This document shows, one piece after another, positions 48,187-59,624 of a stretch of DNA of 64,000 nucleotides (its first letter is position 1; each line of letters starts with the position of its first letter). This DNA is from Candidatus Latescibacterota bacterium. Lineage in GTDB: Bacteria; Latescibacterota; UBA2968; UBA8231. Both the position numbers and the translations under genes were made by a program. The stretch covers positions 3,776,001-3,840,000 of the forward strand of contig CBDCDC010000002.1 of NCBI GenBank assembly GCA_965215195.1, read 5' to 3'. Under the pieces are notes generated by a model that was not told the DNA's origin, did not search any database, and worked only from the letters and a program-made list of their open reading frames with translations.

Positions 48187-49191
48187 GTGGCTGAAGAGGA
48201 GAAAAGATTTCGTGCGGCCATTACGGCGACTGCGCATTTCCTGCCCGACAAGGTGGTCACCAACTCCGATCTGGAGCGGCTGGTAGATACCTCGGACGAG
48301 TGGATCCGCACGCGCACTGGCATTGCCGAGCGGCGCTTCCTGCCGGCGGACGCGCCGACCTCCACTATGGCCAACGCCGTGGCCCACGAACTCTTGGCGC
48401 GCCGAGGAATTGCCGCCGCCGACCTCGACCTAATCATCGTCGCGACCATTACGCCAGACATGATCTTTCCGGCGACGGCCTGCTTGGTGCAGCACGCCAT
48501 CGGGGCCAGCCGGGTCTGGGCCTACGACCTGTCGGCAGCTTGCTCTGGCTTTGTCTTTGCCGTGGCGACCGGAGCGCAATTCATCGAAAGCGGCACACAC
48601 CGCCGAGTGATGGTCATTGGTGCCGACAAGATGAGCAGCATCCTCGACTTTGAGGACCGCACGACTTGCGTACTCTTTGGCGACGGGGCGGGTGGGGTTT
48701 TGCTGGAGCGCGGCGAGGACAAAGCCGGCATGATCGACTTTGAGCTATACGCCGACGGGGCCGCGGTCGAATGCCTGCACATCAAAGGCGGCGGTAGCCT
48801 GTATCCCCCTTCGCACGAGACCGTAGATCAGCGCATGCACTACATCCGCCAAGAGGGGCGCACGGTCTTCCGGTTCGCCGTAGAGAAAATGGCCGAAGTG
48901 TCGGCTAGCCTGCTGGAGCGCAACGATCTTACGGGCGAAGACCTCAAGCTCTTCGTACCGCATCAAGCCAACAAGCGCATTATCGACGCCGCGGCCCAGC
49001 GCATGGATCTCCCCTTGGAAAAAGTGATGATCAATATTGACCGCTACGCCAACACCACGGCCGCGACCATTCCCATTGCCTTGGCAGAAGCCGCTGATCA
49101 AGGTCGCTTGGAGCGCGGCGATTTGGTGCTGATGACCGGCGTCGGCGGTGGCCTCACTTGGGGCAGCGTCCTGTTCCGCTGGGGGCACTAA
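48187..49191 (+). CDS. fabH: 3-oxoacyl-ACP synthase III
   Basis: DTSDEWIRTRTGI, AACSGF, LFGDGAG, PHQAN, YANT, GGGLTWG. Confidence 0.93.
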   Translation: MAEEEKRFRAAITATAHFLPDKVVTNSDLERLVDTSDEWIRTRTGIAERRFLPADAPTSTMANAVAHELLARRGIAAADLDLIIVATITPDMIFPATACLVQHAIGASRVWAYDLSAACSGFVFAVATGAQFIESGTHRRVMVIGADKMSSILDFEDRTTCVLFGDGAGGVLLERGEDKAGMIDFELYADGAAVECLHIKGGGSLYPPSHETVDQRMHYIRQEGRTVFRFAVEKMAEVSASLLERNDLTGEDLKLFVPHQANKRIIDAAAQRMDLPLEKVMINIDRYANTTAATIPIALAEAADQGRLERGDLVLMTGVGGGLTWGSVLFRWGH

Positions 49192-49192
49192 G

Positions 49193-50122
49193 ATGGGCGG
49201 GTGCGCCTTTTTATTTCCGGGACAGGGTTCGCAGGCCGTGGGCATGGCCCGCGACCTGTACGAGCGGCACGAGTCGGTGCGGGCGCGCTTTGCCGAGGCC
49301 GACGAGGTGCTGGGTTTTGCGCTCAGTACGCTGTGCTTTGAGGGGCCGGCCGAGCAACTGGCGCAAACCCACGTCACGCAGCCGGCCGTCTTCGTCCACA
49401 GCGTCGCCGCCGGCGAGTTGCTCGCCGCGGGCGGACTACAGCCGGTGGCCGTAGCCGGACACAGCCTCGGGGAATACTCGGCGTTGGTGGCGGCCGGAGT
49501 ACTCTCTTTTGCGGAGGCCCTGACGCTGGTGGGTACGCGCGGCCAGTTGATGCAGGAAGCCGGCCGCGAGTGGCCGGGGACGATGGGGGCGGTGATCGGT
49601 TTGGACGACGATCAAGTCGTAGCCTTGTGCCAACAGGTAGCGGATGTCGGGGTCGCAGTAGCCGCCAATTTTAACGCTCCGGGCCAAGTCGTGGTGTCGG
49701 GTGAGCCGGCCGCGGTGGCACGGGTGAGCGAGTTGGCCACCCAAGCCGGCGCTCGGCGCGTCGTCGAATTGGCCGTCAGTGGGGCCTTTCACTCGCCGCT
49801 TATGGCGTCGGCGGCCGTGGAGATGGAGTCGCTGTTACAGGCGGTGCCCTTTGCGCGGCCGCGCGTACCAGTGGTGACCAATGTCTCGGCTGCGCCCGTG
49901 GAAGACCCAGAAAAACTGCGGCTGCACCTAATCCGTCAGATCACGGACCCAGTTCGCTGGAGCGCGACAGTGCAGCGGCTGGCGGCCATGGGCATCAACC
50001 GCGCTTTTGAAGTGGGGCCGGGGGCCGTGCTAAGGGGCCTAGTGCGTCGCACCGCGCCCAAGCTGGCGGTCGCACTGGCGGGTACCGTGGAAGAAATCGC
50101 CGCCGCAAAAGGAGCGGAATGA
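49193..50122 (+). CDS. fabD: Malonyl-CoA-ACP transacylase
   Basis: FPGQGSQ, GHSLGEY, SGAFHS, EVGPG. Confidence 0.95.
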   Translation: MGGCAFLFPGQGSQAVGMARDLYERHESVRARFAEADEVLGFALSTLCFEGPAEQLAQTHVTQPAVFVHSVAAGELLAAGGLQPVAVAGHSLGEYSALVAAGVLSFAEALTLVGTRGQLMQEAGREWPGTMGAVIGLDDDQVVALCQQVADVGVAVAANFNAPGQVVVSGEPAAVARVSELATQAGARRVVELAVSGAFHSPLMASAAVEMESLLQAVPFARPRVPVVTNVSAAPVEDPEKLRLHLIRQITDPVRWSATVQRLAAMGINRAFEVGPGAVLRGLVRRTAPKLAVALAGTVEEIAAAKGAE

Positions 50123-50123
50123 T

Positions 50124-50870
50124 ATGGGACTCTTGGACGGGAAAGTCGCGCTCGTAACGGGTGGGTCGCGGGGCATTGGCCGGGCCATTGCCCTGCGCTT
50201 GGCCGCAGAGGGCGCGGACTTGGCGATCTGCGCCCGCAATGTTGCGGCGGCTGGCGAGGTGGTCGCGGCCATTGAGGCCCTGGGCCGCCGCTGCCTCGTG
50301 CGTCAGGCCGATGTCGCCGACGCCGAGCAGGCGGCCGAGCTGATAGCGGCGACGATCGCGGAATTGGGCCGGCTGGACGTGCTGGTCAACAACGCCGGCG
50401 TCACCCGCGACAATTTGCTGCTGCGGATGAAGGAGGAGGATTGGGACGAGGTCTTGGCAATCAACCTCAAGGGCACCTTCAACTGCGTCCGGGCGGCCGT
50501 GCGCCCCATGCTCAAAGCGCGCGGCGGGCGGATCGTCAACATCACTTCGGTCGTGGGATTGCTAGGCAATGCCGGCCAAGCCAATTACGCCGCGTCCAAG
50601 GCCGGGTTGATCGGCCTGACCAAGAGCTTGGCGCGGGAATTGGCTTCGCGCGGGATCACTGCCAATGCCGTAGCCCCGGGGCTGGTACCGGAAACGGGCA
50701 TGACGGACGGGTTGACCGAGCAGCAGCAGGAGCAGATGATTGCCGCGGTGCCGCTAGGCCGCGCCGGGACGCCGGAAGACGTGGCTTGCGCCGTGGCGTT
50801 TCTAGCGTCGGATCAAGCCGCCTATATCACCGGTCAGGTCTTGTCTGTAGATGGCGGCATGGCCATGTAA
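50124..50870 (+). CDS. fabG: 3-oxoacyl-ACP reductase
   Basis: TGGSRGIG, NNAGVTRDNLL, GNAGQANYAASK. Confidence 0.93.
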   Translation: MGLLDGKVALVTGGSRGIGRAIALRLAAEGADLAICARNVAAAGEVVAAIEALGRRCLVRQADVADAEQAAELIAATIAELGRLDVLVNNAGVTRDNLLLRMKEEDWDEVLAINLKGTFNCVRAAVRPMLKARGGRIVNITSVVGLLGNAGQANYAASKAGLIGLTKSLARELASRGITANAVAPGLVPETGMTDGLTEQQQEQMIAAVPLGRAGTPEDVACAVAFLASDQAAYITGQVLSVDGGMAM

Positions 50871-50970
50871 AAAATTTGCTCATCGCCTATATTTAGACCC
50901 TAATTTTAAGACCGCAGGCTATTGGCCACAGCGGTAACAACTGTTCACTCCTATCCCAAGAGGAACACAC

Positions 50971-51210
50971 ATGGCTTCTATTGAAGAGCGCGTGAGAGAT
51001 CTGGTCGTCGAACAACTCGGCGTGAGCCAAGATCAAGTAAATCCCCGAGCATCTTTTATCGACGACTTGGGGGCCGATTCGCTCGATACGGTCGAGCTGG
51101 TCATGGCCTTTGAGGAAGAATTCGGGATCGATATCCCGGACGAGGACGCCGAGAAGATGGTGGTCGTTGCCGACGCGATTAAGTACCTAGAAGAGAATAG
51201 CAAGGCGTGA
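50971..51210 (+). CDS. acpP: Acyl carrier protein
   Basis: [20 protein letters not shown]. Confidence 0.95.
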   Translation: MASIEERVRDLVVEQLGVSQDQVNPRASFIDDLGADSLDTVELVMAFEEEFGIDIPDEDAEKMVVVADAIKYLEENSKA

Positions 51211-52466
51211 GCGGCAGTCCAATGCAGAGACGCAGAGCCGTCGTCACGGGCTTGGGGGTCTTAGCGCCCAATGGCAACGACCTGCCCGCGTTTTGGGACG
51301 CGCTTTTGGCCGGCCGCTCTGGGGTCGGGCCGATCACCAAGTTCGATGCTTCCCAACACCGGACCACGATCGCCGCCGAGGTCAAGGATTTCGACCCGGC
51401 GGCGGTTATGGACCGCAAGGACGTGCGCCGCAACGACGCCTTCACGCATTATGCAGTTTGCGCGGCCAAGGAGGCGGCCGGCCGCGCCCGGCTCGACATG
51501 GAAGCGGTTGACCCCGAGCGCGTGGGCGTCATCTGGGGCTCGGGCATCGGCGGGATTCAGACCCACGAAGAGCAGCACACCATCCTGTTGGAGAAAGGCC
51601 CTAGGCGCATCAGCCCGTTCTACGTGCCCATGATGATCTCCGACATGGCCCCGGGCGTAATCTCCATGGAGTTAGGGGCCAAAGGGCCTAACTACGGCAC
51701 GGTGTCGGCCTGTTCGTCGGCGGCCCACGCCCTCGGCGAGTCGGCGCGCAAAATTCAGTACGGGGAAGCCGACGTGATGGTGACCGGCGGCTCGGAAGCG
51801 GCCGTCACCCCCATTTCCATGGCTGGTTTTTCCTCGGCCAAGGCCCTATCGACGCGCAACCACGAGCCCGAGCGGGCCAGCCGGCCCTTTGACGCCGAGC
51901 GCGATGGCTTCGTGCTCGGCGAAGGAGCCGGAGCCGTCATCTTGGAGGAATTGGAGCACGCGCAAAGGCGCGGGGCCGAGATCTACGGGGAATTCCTCGG
52001 GCTGGGTTTTACGGCCGACGCCTATCACCAGACGGCGATGGCACCCGAGGCCGAGGGCGGGGCGCGGGCCATACGCATTGCCCTGCGCGATGGGGGCTTG
52101 GAACCGGGCGACATAGGGTACGTCAATGCCCACGGCACCTCCACGCCCATGGGCGACCAGCAGGAGACCGCGGCGCTCAAGGCGGTCTTCGCCGGCCACA
52201 CCGACAGCATGGCCGTGAGTTCGACCAAATCCATGACCGGGCATCTGTTGGGCGCAGCCGGGGCCATTGAGAGCATCGCCTGCATCCTGGCGCTCAAGAG
52301 CGGGGTCCTGCCGCCGACGATCAACTACGAAAACCCCGACCCGGACTGCGACCTCGACTACGTGCCCAACGAGGCGCGTCGCGTGCAGGCAGACTACGCC
52401 CTCAACAATTCCTTTGGATTTGGCGGCCACAACGTGGCACTGGTGTTTGGTCGCTTCACCGGCTGA
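51207..52466 (+). CDS. fabF: 3-oxoacyl-ACP synthase II
   Basis: [41 protein letters not shown]. Confidence 0.95.
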   Translation: MSGSPMQRRRAVVTGLGVLAPNGNDLPAFWDALLAGRSGVGPITKFDASQHRTTIAAEVKDFDPAAVMDRKDVRRNDAFTHYAVCAAKEAAGRARLDMEAVDPERVGVIWGSGIGGIQTHEEQHTILLEKGPRRISPFYVPMMISDMAPGVISMELGAKGPNYGTVSACSSAAHALGESARKIQYGEADVMVTGGSEAAVTPISMAGFSSAKALSTRNHEPERASRPFDAERDGFVLGEGAGAVILEELEHAQRRGAEIYGEFLGLGFTADAYHQTAMAPEAEGGARAIRIALRDGGLEPGDIGYVNAHGTSTPMGDQQETAALKAVFAGHTDSMAVSSTKSMTGHLLGAAGAIESIACILALKSGVLPPTINYENPDPDCDLDYVPNEARRVQADYALNNSFGFGGHNVALVFGRFTG

Positions 52467-52521
52467 CGCACTTCCCCAGCACTCCCCGAGCACTCCCCGT
52501 GCTTCAACGGGTATTAGGCAG

Positions 52522-53280
52522 ATGAGCTGGATTTCAACCCTTTGGAATCGCCGCAAGCTGGCGGGCGACCGAGAAGAGTTTGCCCCGGGGTCGCGGCGCA
52601 CCCTCGAAAAGCTGTTGGGCTACTGCTTTAAGAACGCGGATTTGTTGGTCAAGGCCCTCAAGCATCGATCGTATGTGTACGCCGAGGAGGGCAGCGACCG
52701 CATCGAGTCGAACGAGCGGCTCGAATTTCTCGGCGATGCCGTGCTGGAGCTATTGGTCACCGAATACCTCTTTCGCCGCTTTGAAAACAAGGGCGAGGGC
52801 GAATTGACCCAGATGAGGTCGCAGTTAGTCAGCCGCACGGTGCTGGCTCAGCAGGCTGATCGCCTTGGGGTGGGGGCCTTTGTGTTGCTGAGTGCAGATG
52901 AGCGCGAGGCCAATGGCGGACAGCGGCCGTCGATTCTCTGCGACACTTTGGAGTCGCTGATTGGGGCGATCTACCTCGACGGTGGCTTAGAGGCGGCCCG
53001 CGCCTTTGTCTGGCGCGCCGTGCTCGCGGATTTTCACCAAATAGTCCAACAGGACGCCAACTACAACTTCAAGAACAAGTTACTCGAGTACTCGCAGAGC
53101 AAGGGCAATGGCCACCCCCGCTACTTGGTTCACGCAGAGGAAGGGCCTGACCACGACAAGATCTTCAGCGTCGAAGTGTGCATCACTGGCCAGCGCGTGG
53201 GTTGGGGCCGGGGGCGGAGCAAGAAGGCGGCGCAACAGATGGCGGCCAAGGACGCCCTCGAGAGTTTGGATGCGCTCTAA
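52522..53280 (+). CDS. rnc: Ribonuclease III
   Basis: NERLEFLGDAVL, ESLIGAIYLD, dsRBD GPDHDK...SKKAAQQ. Confidence 0.93.
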   Translation: MSWISTLWNRRKLAGDREEFAPGSRRTLEKLLGYCFKNADLLVKALKHRSYVYAEEGSDRIESNERLEFLGDAVLELLVTEYLFRRFENKGEGELTQMRSQLVSRTVLAQQADRLGVGAFVLLSADEREANGGQRPSILCDTLESLIGAIYLDGGLEAARAFVWRAVLADFHQIVQQDANYNFKNKLLEYSQSKGNGHPRYLVHAEEGPDHDKIFSVEVCITGQRVGWGRGRSKKAAQQMAAKDALESLDAL

Positions 53281-54059
53281 TGGGCCTTGTTTGGCGCATT
53301 GTCGATACGGGTGCGCACTGTGGCGCGTACAACATGGGCGTCGATCAGGCCCTCGCGGCCGGCGCGGCCCAAGGCCCGGTGCTGCGCTTCTACGGCTGGG
53401 ATCCGCCGGCCATCTCCTGCGGCTGGAACCAGCAGCCCGAGCGCGAGGCCAATGTACAGGTCTGCCGGGCGCTGGGCATTGACGTGGTGCGCCGGCCCAC
53501 GGGCGGGCGCGCGGTGCTGCACTGGGAGGAACTGACCTACAGCGTCGCCTGCGTTGCGGAGATTTTGGGCGCGGGCGGCGGAGTACAGGCCACGCACTGC
53601 AAGATCGGCGCGTGCTTGGCCGAAGGGCTGCGGCTTTTCGGGGCCCCCGTCGAGCTGGAAAGGGCCGGCCGTTGCGTTGGGGGCTCGCGGTCGGGTCCTT
53701 GTTTTGGCAGCACGGTGCGCTGGGAGCTCAAGTGCCGGCAGCGCAAACTGGTCGGCAGCGCGCAGCGGCGCTACGGACGCCGCTTGCTGCAACACGGGTC
53801 GATCTTACTCGGCCGGGCGCACGAGCGCCTGCCGCACCTCATGCGGATTGACGAAGGTGTGCGGCAACAATGGACCCGGCAGGTGCGAGCGCACAGCACG
53901 GATTTGCAGTCCTGCATGGGGCGGCCAATTGACCGGGCCGCGCTGGTCGACTGCTTGGTCGAGGGCTTTAAGCGCCAGCTCGGCGCAACAATGCGTTGGA
54001 GCGCACTGGCTGCCGACGAGGTGCGCCGGGCTGCGGCTTGGGAAAGGGACCGCGCATGA
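53280..54059 (+). CDS. Lipoate-protein ligase family (LipM-like octanoyltransferase)
   Basis: [38 protein letters not shown]. Confidence 0.85.
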   Translation: MGLVWRIVDTGAHCGAYNMGVDQALAAGAAQGPVLRFYGWDPPAISCGWNQQPEREANVQVCRALGIDVVRRPTGGRAVLHWEELTYSVACVAEILGAGGGVQATHCKIGACLAEGLRLFGAPVELERAGRCVGGSRSGPCFGSTVRWELKCRQRKLVGSAQRRYGRRLLQHGSILLGRAHERLPHLMRIDEGVRQQWTRQVRAHSTDLQSCMGRPIDRAALVDCLVEGFKRQLGATMRWSALAADEVRRAAAWERDRA

Positions 54060-55036
54060 TCGCGCAGGATCCCGTGCTAGAGGTCCGCGATTTGCGGACT
54101 TATTTCCACACGGAGGAGGGCGTCGCCCGCGCCGTTGATGGGGTGTCGTTTGCCGTGGGACGGGGCCAGACGCTGGGCTTGGTCGGCGAAAGCGGCTGCG
54201 GCAAGAGCGTCAGCGCCTTCTCGATCATGCGCTTGGTACCCGATCCGCCGGGCCGCATTGAGGCCGGGCAGATCCTGCTCAAGGGGCGCGACTTGCTCGC
54301 GCTGGACGAGGAGGAGATGCGCCGAGTGCGCGGCGACGACATCGCGATGATTTTCCAAGAGCCGATGACCAGCCTCAACCCGGTACTGACCTGCGGGTTC
54401 CAGATCGCCGAGGCCGTGGTCCTGCACCAGCAGGTCCCCATGCAGGAAGCGCGCGCCCGGGCGGTCGAGATGCTGCAGCTCGTGGGGATTCCAGCGCCCG
54501 AACAGCGGATTGACGAATATCCCCACCAGCTATCGGGTGGGATGCGCCAGCGGGTGATGATCGCCATGGCCCTGTCGTGCAACCCAGACGTGTTGATTGC
54601 CGACGAGCCGACTACGGCTCTCGACGTGACGATCCAAGCGCAGATCCTCGCGCTGTTGGAGTCCCTGCAACAATCCCTGCAAATGGCGATTGTGATGATC
54701 ACCCACGACCTCGGCGTAATCGCCGAGACCGCCGACCAAGTGGCGGTCATGTACGCCGGCCAAATCGTCGAATACGCGGAAACGCAGTCGCTTTTCACCC
54801 GTCCGCGCCATCCTTATACGCGCGGCTTGCTGCGCTCGATTCCGCGGCTGGACGACGAGCAAGAGCGATTGGATATCATTCCGGGCGTGGTGCCCGATGC
54901 CCGCGCTTTCCCGCCGGGGTGTCGCTTTGCTCCGCGCTGCCCACTGGCCGACGCCCACTGTCGGGCTGAAGCGCCGCGGCTAGAAGAGGTTGAGGGCGGG
55001 CACTGGGCGAGCTGTTGGAAGGCAGGGGACGCATGA
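54056..55036 (+). CDS. Peptide ABC transporter ATPase (OppD/DppD-like)
   Basis: [43 protein letters not shown]. Confidence 0.9.
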   Translation: MIAQDPVLEVRDLRTYFHTEEGVARAVDGVSFAVGRGQTLGLVGESGCGKSVSAFSIMRLVPDPPGRIEAGQILLKGRDLLALDEEEMRRVRGDDIAMIFQEPMTSLNPVLTCGFQIAEAVVLHQQVPMQEARARAVEMLQLVGIPAPEQRIDEYPHQLSGGMRQRVMIAMALSCNPDVLIADEPTTALDVTIQAQILALLESLQQSLQMAIVMITHDLGVIAETADQVAVMYAGQIVEYAETQSLFTRPRHPYTRGLLRSIPRLDDEQERLDIIPGVVPDARAFPPGCRFAPRCPLADAHCRAEAPRLEEVEGGHWASCWKAGDA

Positions 55037-56061
55037 GCCAAGCCGCGCCTTTGGTCGAGGTCAAGGGACTCAAAAAACACTTCCCCGTGCGCCGGGGGTT
55101 TTGGGGCCGGGTGCAGGCTCACGTCAAGGCCGTCGATGGGGTTGAGCTGGCGATTGGGCGCGGCGAGACCTTGGGCGTAGTCGGCGAGAGTGGCTGTGGC
55201 AAGACCACGCTGGGAAGGCTCATGCTGCGGCTAGTTGAGGCTACGGCCGGGCAGGTGTTCTTTGCCGGGGTTGATCTGTTGGGGTTGGGCAAAGAGGCTA
55301 TGCGGCGGCAGCGGCGGGACATGCAAATCATCTTCCAAGACCCGTATGCGTCGCTCAACCCGCGGATGACGGTGGGCGGCATCATCGGCGAGGCCCTGAA
55401 GGTCCACGGGCTGGCCGAGCGCGCCGAGTTGCCCGAGCGGGTGGGGGAATTGCTGGAGATGGTCGGGTTGCCGGCGGATTGCACGCGGCGCTACCCGCAC
55501 GAGTTTTCCGGCGGCCAGCGCCAGCGCATTGGCATTGCCCGCGCCTTGGCGGTGCGGCCGCAGTTTATCGTCGCCGACGAGCCAGTGTCCGCGCTGGACG
55601 TTTCGGTACAGGCCCAGATTATCAACTTGCTGCAAGACCTCCAGCGCGATTTGGGCCTAACTTATATGTTTATCGCCCACGACTTAAGCGTGGTGCGCCA
55701 CATTTCGGATCGGGTGGCCGTGATGTACTTGGGGCGCGTCGTCGAGGTGGCCGCCCGCGATCAGCTCTACCGCCAGCCGTCCCATCCCTATACGCGTGCG
55801 CTGCTGGCGGCCGTGCCCGCGCCCGACCCGCGGACTAAGCGACAGCGCGTCCTCTTGGAGGGCGACGCACCCAATCCAGCGGCCGTGCCTTCGGGATGCC
55901 CCTTTCACCCGCGCTGCCCGGAGCGCGAGGCGATCTGCACCCGCGTCGTGCCGCGCCTCGTCGATCTGGGCGGCGGCCACTGCACGGCCTGTCTGCTGCG
56001 CTATCCCGCGCAGCTAAAGAACCGGCTGGCTGCCGAGGCTAACGAGAAAAACGCAAGATAG
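55033..56061 (+). CDS. Peptide ABC transporter ATPase (OppF/DppF-like)
   Basis: [39 protein letters not shown]. Confidence 0.9.
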   Translation: MSQAAPLVEVKGLKKHFPVRRGFWGRVQAHVKAVDGVELAIGRGETLGVVGESGCGKTTLGRLMLRLVEATAGQVFFAGVDLLGLGKEAMRRQRRDMQIIFQDPYASLNPRMTVGGIIGEALKVHGLAERAELPERVGELLEMVGLPADCTRRYPHEFSGGQRQRIGIARALAVRPQFIVADEPVSALDVSVQAQIINLLQDLQRDLGLTYMFIAHDLSVVRHISDRVAVMYLGRVVEVAARDQLYRQPSHPYTRALLAAVPAPDPRTKRQRVLLEGDAPNPAAVPSGCPFHPRCPEREAICTRVVPRLVDLGGGHCTACLLRYPAQLKNRLAAEANEKNAR

Positions 56062-56078
56062 CAGGAGAACTATAGCTT

Positions 56079-57899
56079 ATGATGACTTTGTTGCGCCAAA
56101 AGACGGTGCTCGTCCTGTGGTTTGTGATATTCGCCTTCATCGGCTTGATCGTCGTTGAGTGGGGTGCCGACTACTCAGGAGCAGGTGCCAACGACGCCGG
56201 CGATGCAGTCGGCGTGGTCAATGGCGAGACCATTTCGCTACGGGAGTTTCAAGACGCGCTGCGCCGGCTAGCGCGCCAGATGCCGCAGGAGCAGCGCGCC
56301 GATCAGGCCCTGCTCGTGCGCCAAGTGTGGGACTACTACGTCCGCGAGATCATCCTGACCCAAGAGTACGAGCGCTTGGGCTTCGAGGTGACCGACGGGG
56401 AAATTGCCTTTTACACGCGCAACAAGCCCCCGCAAGCCGTGCGCGAATTCGAGATCTTTCAAACCGCTGGCGCGTTCGACATGGACAAGTACGCCCAGTT
56501 CATCGGCAACCCGGCCAATCTCAGCGACCCCAACAACCAAGCCCTAGTCCTGTGGATCGAGAGCGCAATTGAGCGGCAATTGCTCGATTACAGGCTCCAG
56601 CGAATGCTGCGGGGCACCGCGCAGGTGAGTCCCAACGAGGTGCGCCAGCACTTTGCCGAGGCCAACGAAAAAGTGCGCGTCGAATACGCATTCGCCCCCA
56701 GCGACGCTGCGGATGACGAGGTCGAGGTCGCAGACGAAGATTTGGCCGCCTACTACCAAGATAACGTAGCCGACTACGAGCACCCCGATCAGGTAAAGCT
56801 GGAGTACGCGCACTTTCCCAAGGTGCCTAGCGCGGCGGATTCGCTGGAGATCAAAGAGGAGATCGGCCGCCTGCGCCAAGAGATCGAGGCCGGTAAGGAT
56901 TTCGCCGACTTGGCCGCGGTGGTCTCGGACGACGAAGGCTCGGCCGCCCAAGGCGGCGACCTCGGCTTTTTTGCTCGCGGCCAGATGGTCGCGCCCTTTG
57001 AGGAAGCGGCCTTCGCCTTGGCGGCTGGCGAACTCTCCGAGCCGGTGCAGACGCGCTATGGCTGGCACCTGATTAAGGTGGAAGAACGCTTGGAGGAAGG
57101 CGGCGAGGAGAAGGTACACGCCCGCCACATCTTGCTTAGACACCAGCCCTCGCGCGCGACCGAGGATAGCTTGCGCAGCCGCGCCGAGGCGTTCCAAGAG
57201 CAGGCCACAGCCGAGGGGTTTGCGGCCGCCCATGCGGCCTCTGGCATTGAGGCGACGGCCACGAATTTCCTGCGCGAGAGCCAAGCCGTGCCGGGCATCA
57301 GCGCGAACACGACTTGGCTCGTCAACTGGTTTTTTGAGCAGGAGCTTGGGGCCGTCAGTCAGGTAGTTGAGGACGACTCGGGGCTGTGGGTGGCGCATTT
57401 AGTGGCCAAACGCCCGGCGGGCATCGTGCCCTTGGACGAGCTAAAGAACCAGCTTGAGCCGTTGGTGCAGGCGCACAAAAAGGCCGCCCGCGCCGCGGCC
57501 CGGCTGGAGGCCGTGCGGCGGGAAGCAGAAGCCGGGACCACGTTGGCGCAGGCCGCGCAAAACGCCGGGCTGGAGCTACACGCCCCCGAGGCTTTTGCGC
57601 GCACCGAATCGGTGGCGGGCCTAGGCCGCGGCAACGCGGTAATCGGCGCGGCCTTCCGCTTGCAAGAGGGCCAGCTCAGCGAAGTAATTGAGGTCGCCGA
57701 GGGCGGCAAGCGAGGCGCTTACCTGCTGAGGCTGCTGGAGAAGACGCCGATAGACGAGGAGCAATTCGCCGCGCAACGCGAGCAGGTCGTCGCTCAGCTC
57801 CAAGCCCAGCGCGAGCAGGAAGCCGTGCAGAACTGGTTCGCGCACCTGTACGAGACGGCCGAGATCGAGGACAACAGACATCGCTTTTTCACGTTTTAG
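56079..57899 (+). CDS. PpiD/SurA-like membrane-anchored parvulin PPIase
   Basis: N-terminal TM, SurA-N-like region, DFADLA...[29 protein letters not shown]. Confidence 0.88.
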   Translation: MMTLLRQKTVLVLWFVIFAFIGLIVVEWGADYSGAGANDAGDAVGVVNGETISLREFQDALRRLARQMPQEQRADQALLVRQVWDYYVREIILTQEYERLGFEVTDGEIAFYTRNKPPQAVREFEIFQTAGAFDMDKYAQFIGNPANLSDPNNQALVLWIESAIERQLLDYRLQRMLRGTAQVSPNEVRQHFAEANEKVRVEYAFAPSDAADDEVEVADEDLAAYYQDNVADYEHPDQVKLEYAHFPKVPSAADSLEIKEEIGRLRQEIEAGKDFADLAAVVSDDEGSAAQGGDLGFFARGQMVAPFEEAAFALAAGELSEPVQTRYGWHLIKVEERLEEGGEEKVHARHILLRHQPSRATEDSLRSRAEAFQEQATAEGFAAAHAASGIEATATNFLRESQAVPGISANTTWLVNWFFEQELGAVSQVVEDDSGLWVAHLVAKRPAGIVPLDELKNQLEPLVQAHKKAARAAARLEAVRREAEAGTTLAQAAQNAGLELHAPEAFARTESVAGLGRGNAVIGAAFRLQEGQLSEVIEVAEGGKRGAYLLRLLEKTPIDEEQFAAQREQVVAQLQAQREQEAVQNWFAHLYETAEIEDNRHRFFTF

Positions 57900-57913
57900 A
57901 TTGGAGAGGAACC

Positions 57914-58825
57914 ATGTCAGCAGCACCGGGGCAAACGCAAATTGGCTTTATCGGCTTGGGGATCATGGGTGCGCCCATGGCCAAGAACCTGCTCGCGGCC
58001 GGCTATCGGCTCAACGTGTACAACCGCAGCGACCGGCCGCGCGTCGACGAGGTCGTCGCGGCCGGTGGCGTGCGCGTCGGCTCGCCCAAGGCGGCGGCGA
58101 CAGGTGCGGACGTCGTCATCAGCATCGTCACGGACACGCCCGATATGGAGGCCGTGCTCGTGGGCGAGGAGGGCGCGATTCACGGGGCCAAAGCGGGCGC
58201 GGTCGTCATCGATATGAGCACGGTGTCGCCCAAAGTCACCCGCGCAGTGGCGGCCGCCTTGCAGGAGCGGGGCGTGGCCATGCTCGACGCGCCCGTCAGC
58301 GGCGGGGATGTGGGCGCGATCAACGGCACCCTGTCGATCATGGTCGGCGGCGACGAGGCTGTCTTCGACCAGTGCCGGCCGGTCTTTGAGGCCATGGGCA
58401 CCAACATCAACTTGATTGGCCCCAACGGCGCGGGCCAGACCACCAAGCTCTGCAACCAGATCGCAGTTTCGGTCAACAACATGGCCATGGCCGAGGCCCT
58501 GATGCTGGCGGCGACCTCGGACTTGGACGTGCAAAAGGTCATTGACGCCATCAGCGGCGGGGCGGCTGGCTCTTGGCAGTTGAGCAACTTAGGCCCGCGC
58601 ATTGCCGCTGGCGATTTTGACCCGGGCTTTATGGTCTATTTGCAGCAAAAGGACCTGCGCTTGGTCTTGCAGGCGGCCAACGACGTCAAGCTGGCCCTGC
58701 CGGCCGTGAGCATCGCCCACCAGTTCTTCAACATCGTCGAGCGCGCGGGTTGCGCCGAAGAGGGGACTCAGGCGCTGATCAAAGCCTATGAGGCCCAGGC
58801 CGGCAAAGAGGCGCGGGCCAAGTAG
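57914..58825 (+). CDS. beta-hydroxyacid dehydrogenase (GarR/GlxR/MmsB family)
   Basis: GFIGLGIMGAPMA, DAPVSGG, GQTTKLCNQ, KDL. Confidence 0.88.
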   Translation: MSAAPGQTQIGFIGLGIMGAPMAKNLLAAGYRLNVYNRSDRPRVDEVVAAGGVRVGSPKAAATGADVVISIVTDTPDMEAVLVGEEGAIHGAKAGAVVIDMSTVSPKVTRAVAAALQERGVAMLDAPVSGGDVGAINGTLSIMVGGDEAVFDQCRPVFEAMGTNINLIGPNGAGQTTKLCNQIAVSVNNMAMAEALMLAATSDLDVQKVIDAISGGAAGSWQLSNLGPRIAAGDFDPGFMVYLQQKDLRLVLQAANDVKLALPAVSIAHQFFNIVERAGCAEEGTQALIKAYEAQAGKEARAK

Positions 58826-58832
58826 GCCATCG

Positions 58833-59624
58833 GTGCAACTCGCATTAAAAAAGGCCGGAGTCCTGCTGCGCGATCAGGATTTGGATTATCCGGTTGCCGA
58901 GGTGCGCGAGCTATTTGCCCCGCATGGGATCGCAGTGCGCTTTATCGAGGGGGACGAGCGCCCGGACGACCTAGACTTGGTAATCGCGCTCGGAGGCGAC
59001 GGCACAGTGCTGCGCGCCTTTGCGCGTTTCCCCCAGCGGCCAGTGCTGGCGATCAATTTCGGCACCGTCGGCTTCTTGACCGCTGGGGACCGCAAGGATT
59101 TGGCGCGCATCGTCCAGCTCTTAGTCGATGGCCAGTACTTTGTCAGCGAGCGCTTGGTGCTCTCTTGCCGCTATCCCGGCGGCGAGAGTCTGGCCTTCAA
59201 CGAGGTGACCTTGCGGGCGCACCACAAAATGCTCTCCACGGACGTCTTCGTCGACGACGCCAAAATTCGCACTATCCGCGGCGACGGCGTGGTAGTTGGC
59301 ACGCCAACGGGCAGCACCGGGCTGTTGCTATCTATGGGTGCGCCGCTGGTCATGCCGGAAGTGCGCTGCATGTTGCTCGACGGCATCAACGAATACAACT
59401 TCACATCGCGGACCTTGATCCTGCCGGCCGAGAAGCGGGTGCGGTTGCGCGTCAGCCCCGGGATTTTGGACAGCCATGTGGTGCTCATTGTCGATGGCCG
59501 CGAGATATGCAGTTTAGCCCCCGAGCAGGAGGTGTACGTCGGCCAAGCCGCACACACGGCGCGGCTGATCTACTTAGACGATAAGTACTTTTTTCACAAC
59601 TTGTCGGAGAAACTTTCTTGGTAG
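58833..59624 (+). CDS. NAD kinase family protein
   Basis: GGDGTVL, INFGTVGFL, FNEV, GDGVVVGTPTGST, KLSW. Confidence 0.8.
   Translation: MQLALKKAGVLLRDQDLDYPVAEVRELFAPHGIAVRFIEGDERPDDLDLVIALGGDGTVLRAFARFPQRPVLAINFGTVGFLTAGDRKDLARIVQLLVDGQYFVSERLVLSCRYPGGESLAFNEVTLRAHHKMLSTDVFVDDAKIRTIRGDGVVVGTPTGSTGLLLSMGAPLVMPEVRCMLLDGINEYNFTSRTLILPAEKRVRLRVSPGILDSHVVLIVDGREICSLAPEQEVYVGQAAHTARLIYLDDKYFFHNLSEKLSW

Noticed and set aside
54056-56061. oppD/oppF-like pair without permease or binding protein as a novel system
   Set aside because: Split peptide-transporter operons are common; partners are probably elsewhere
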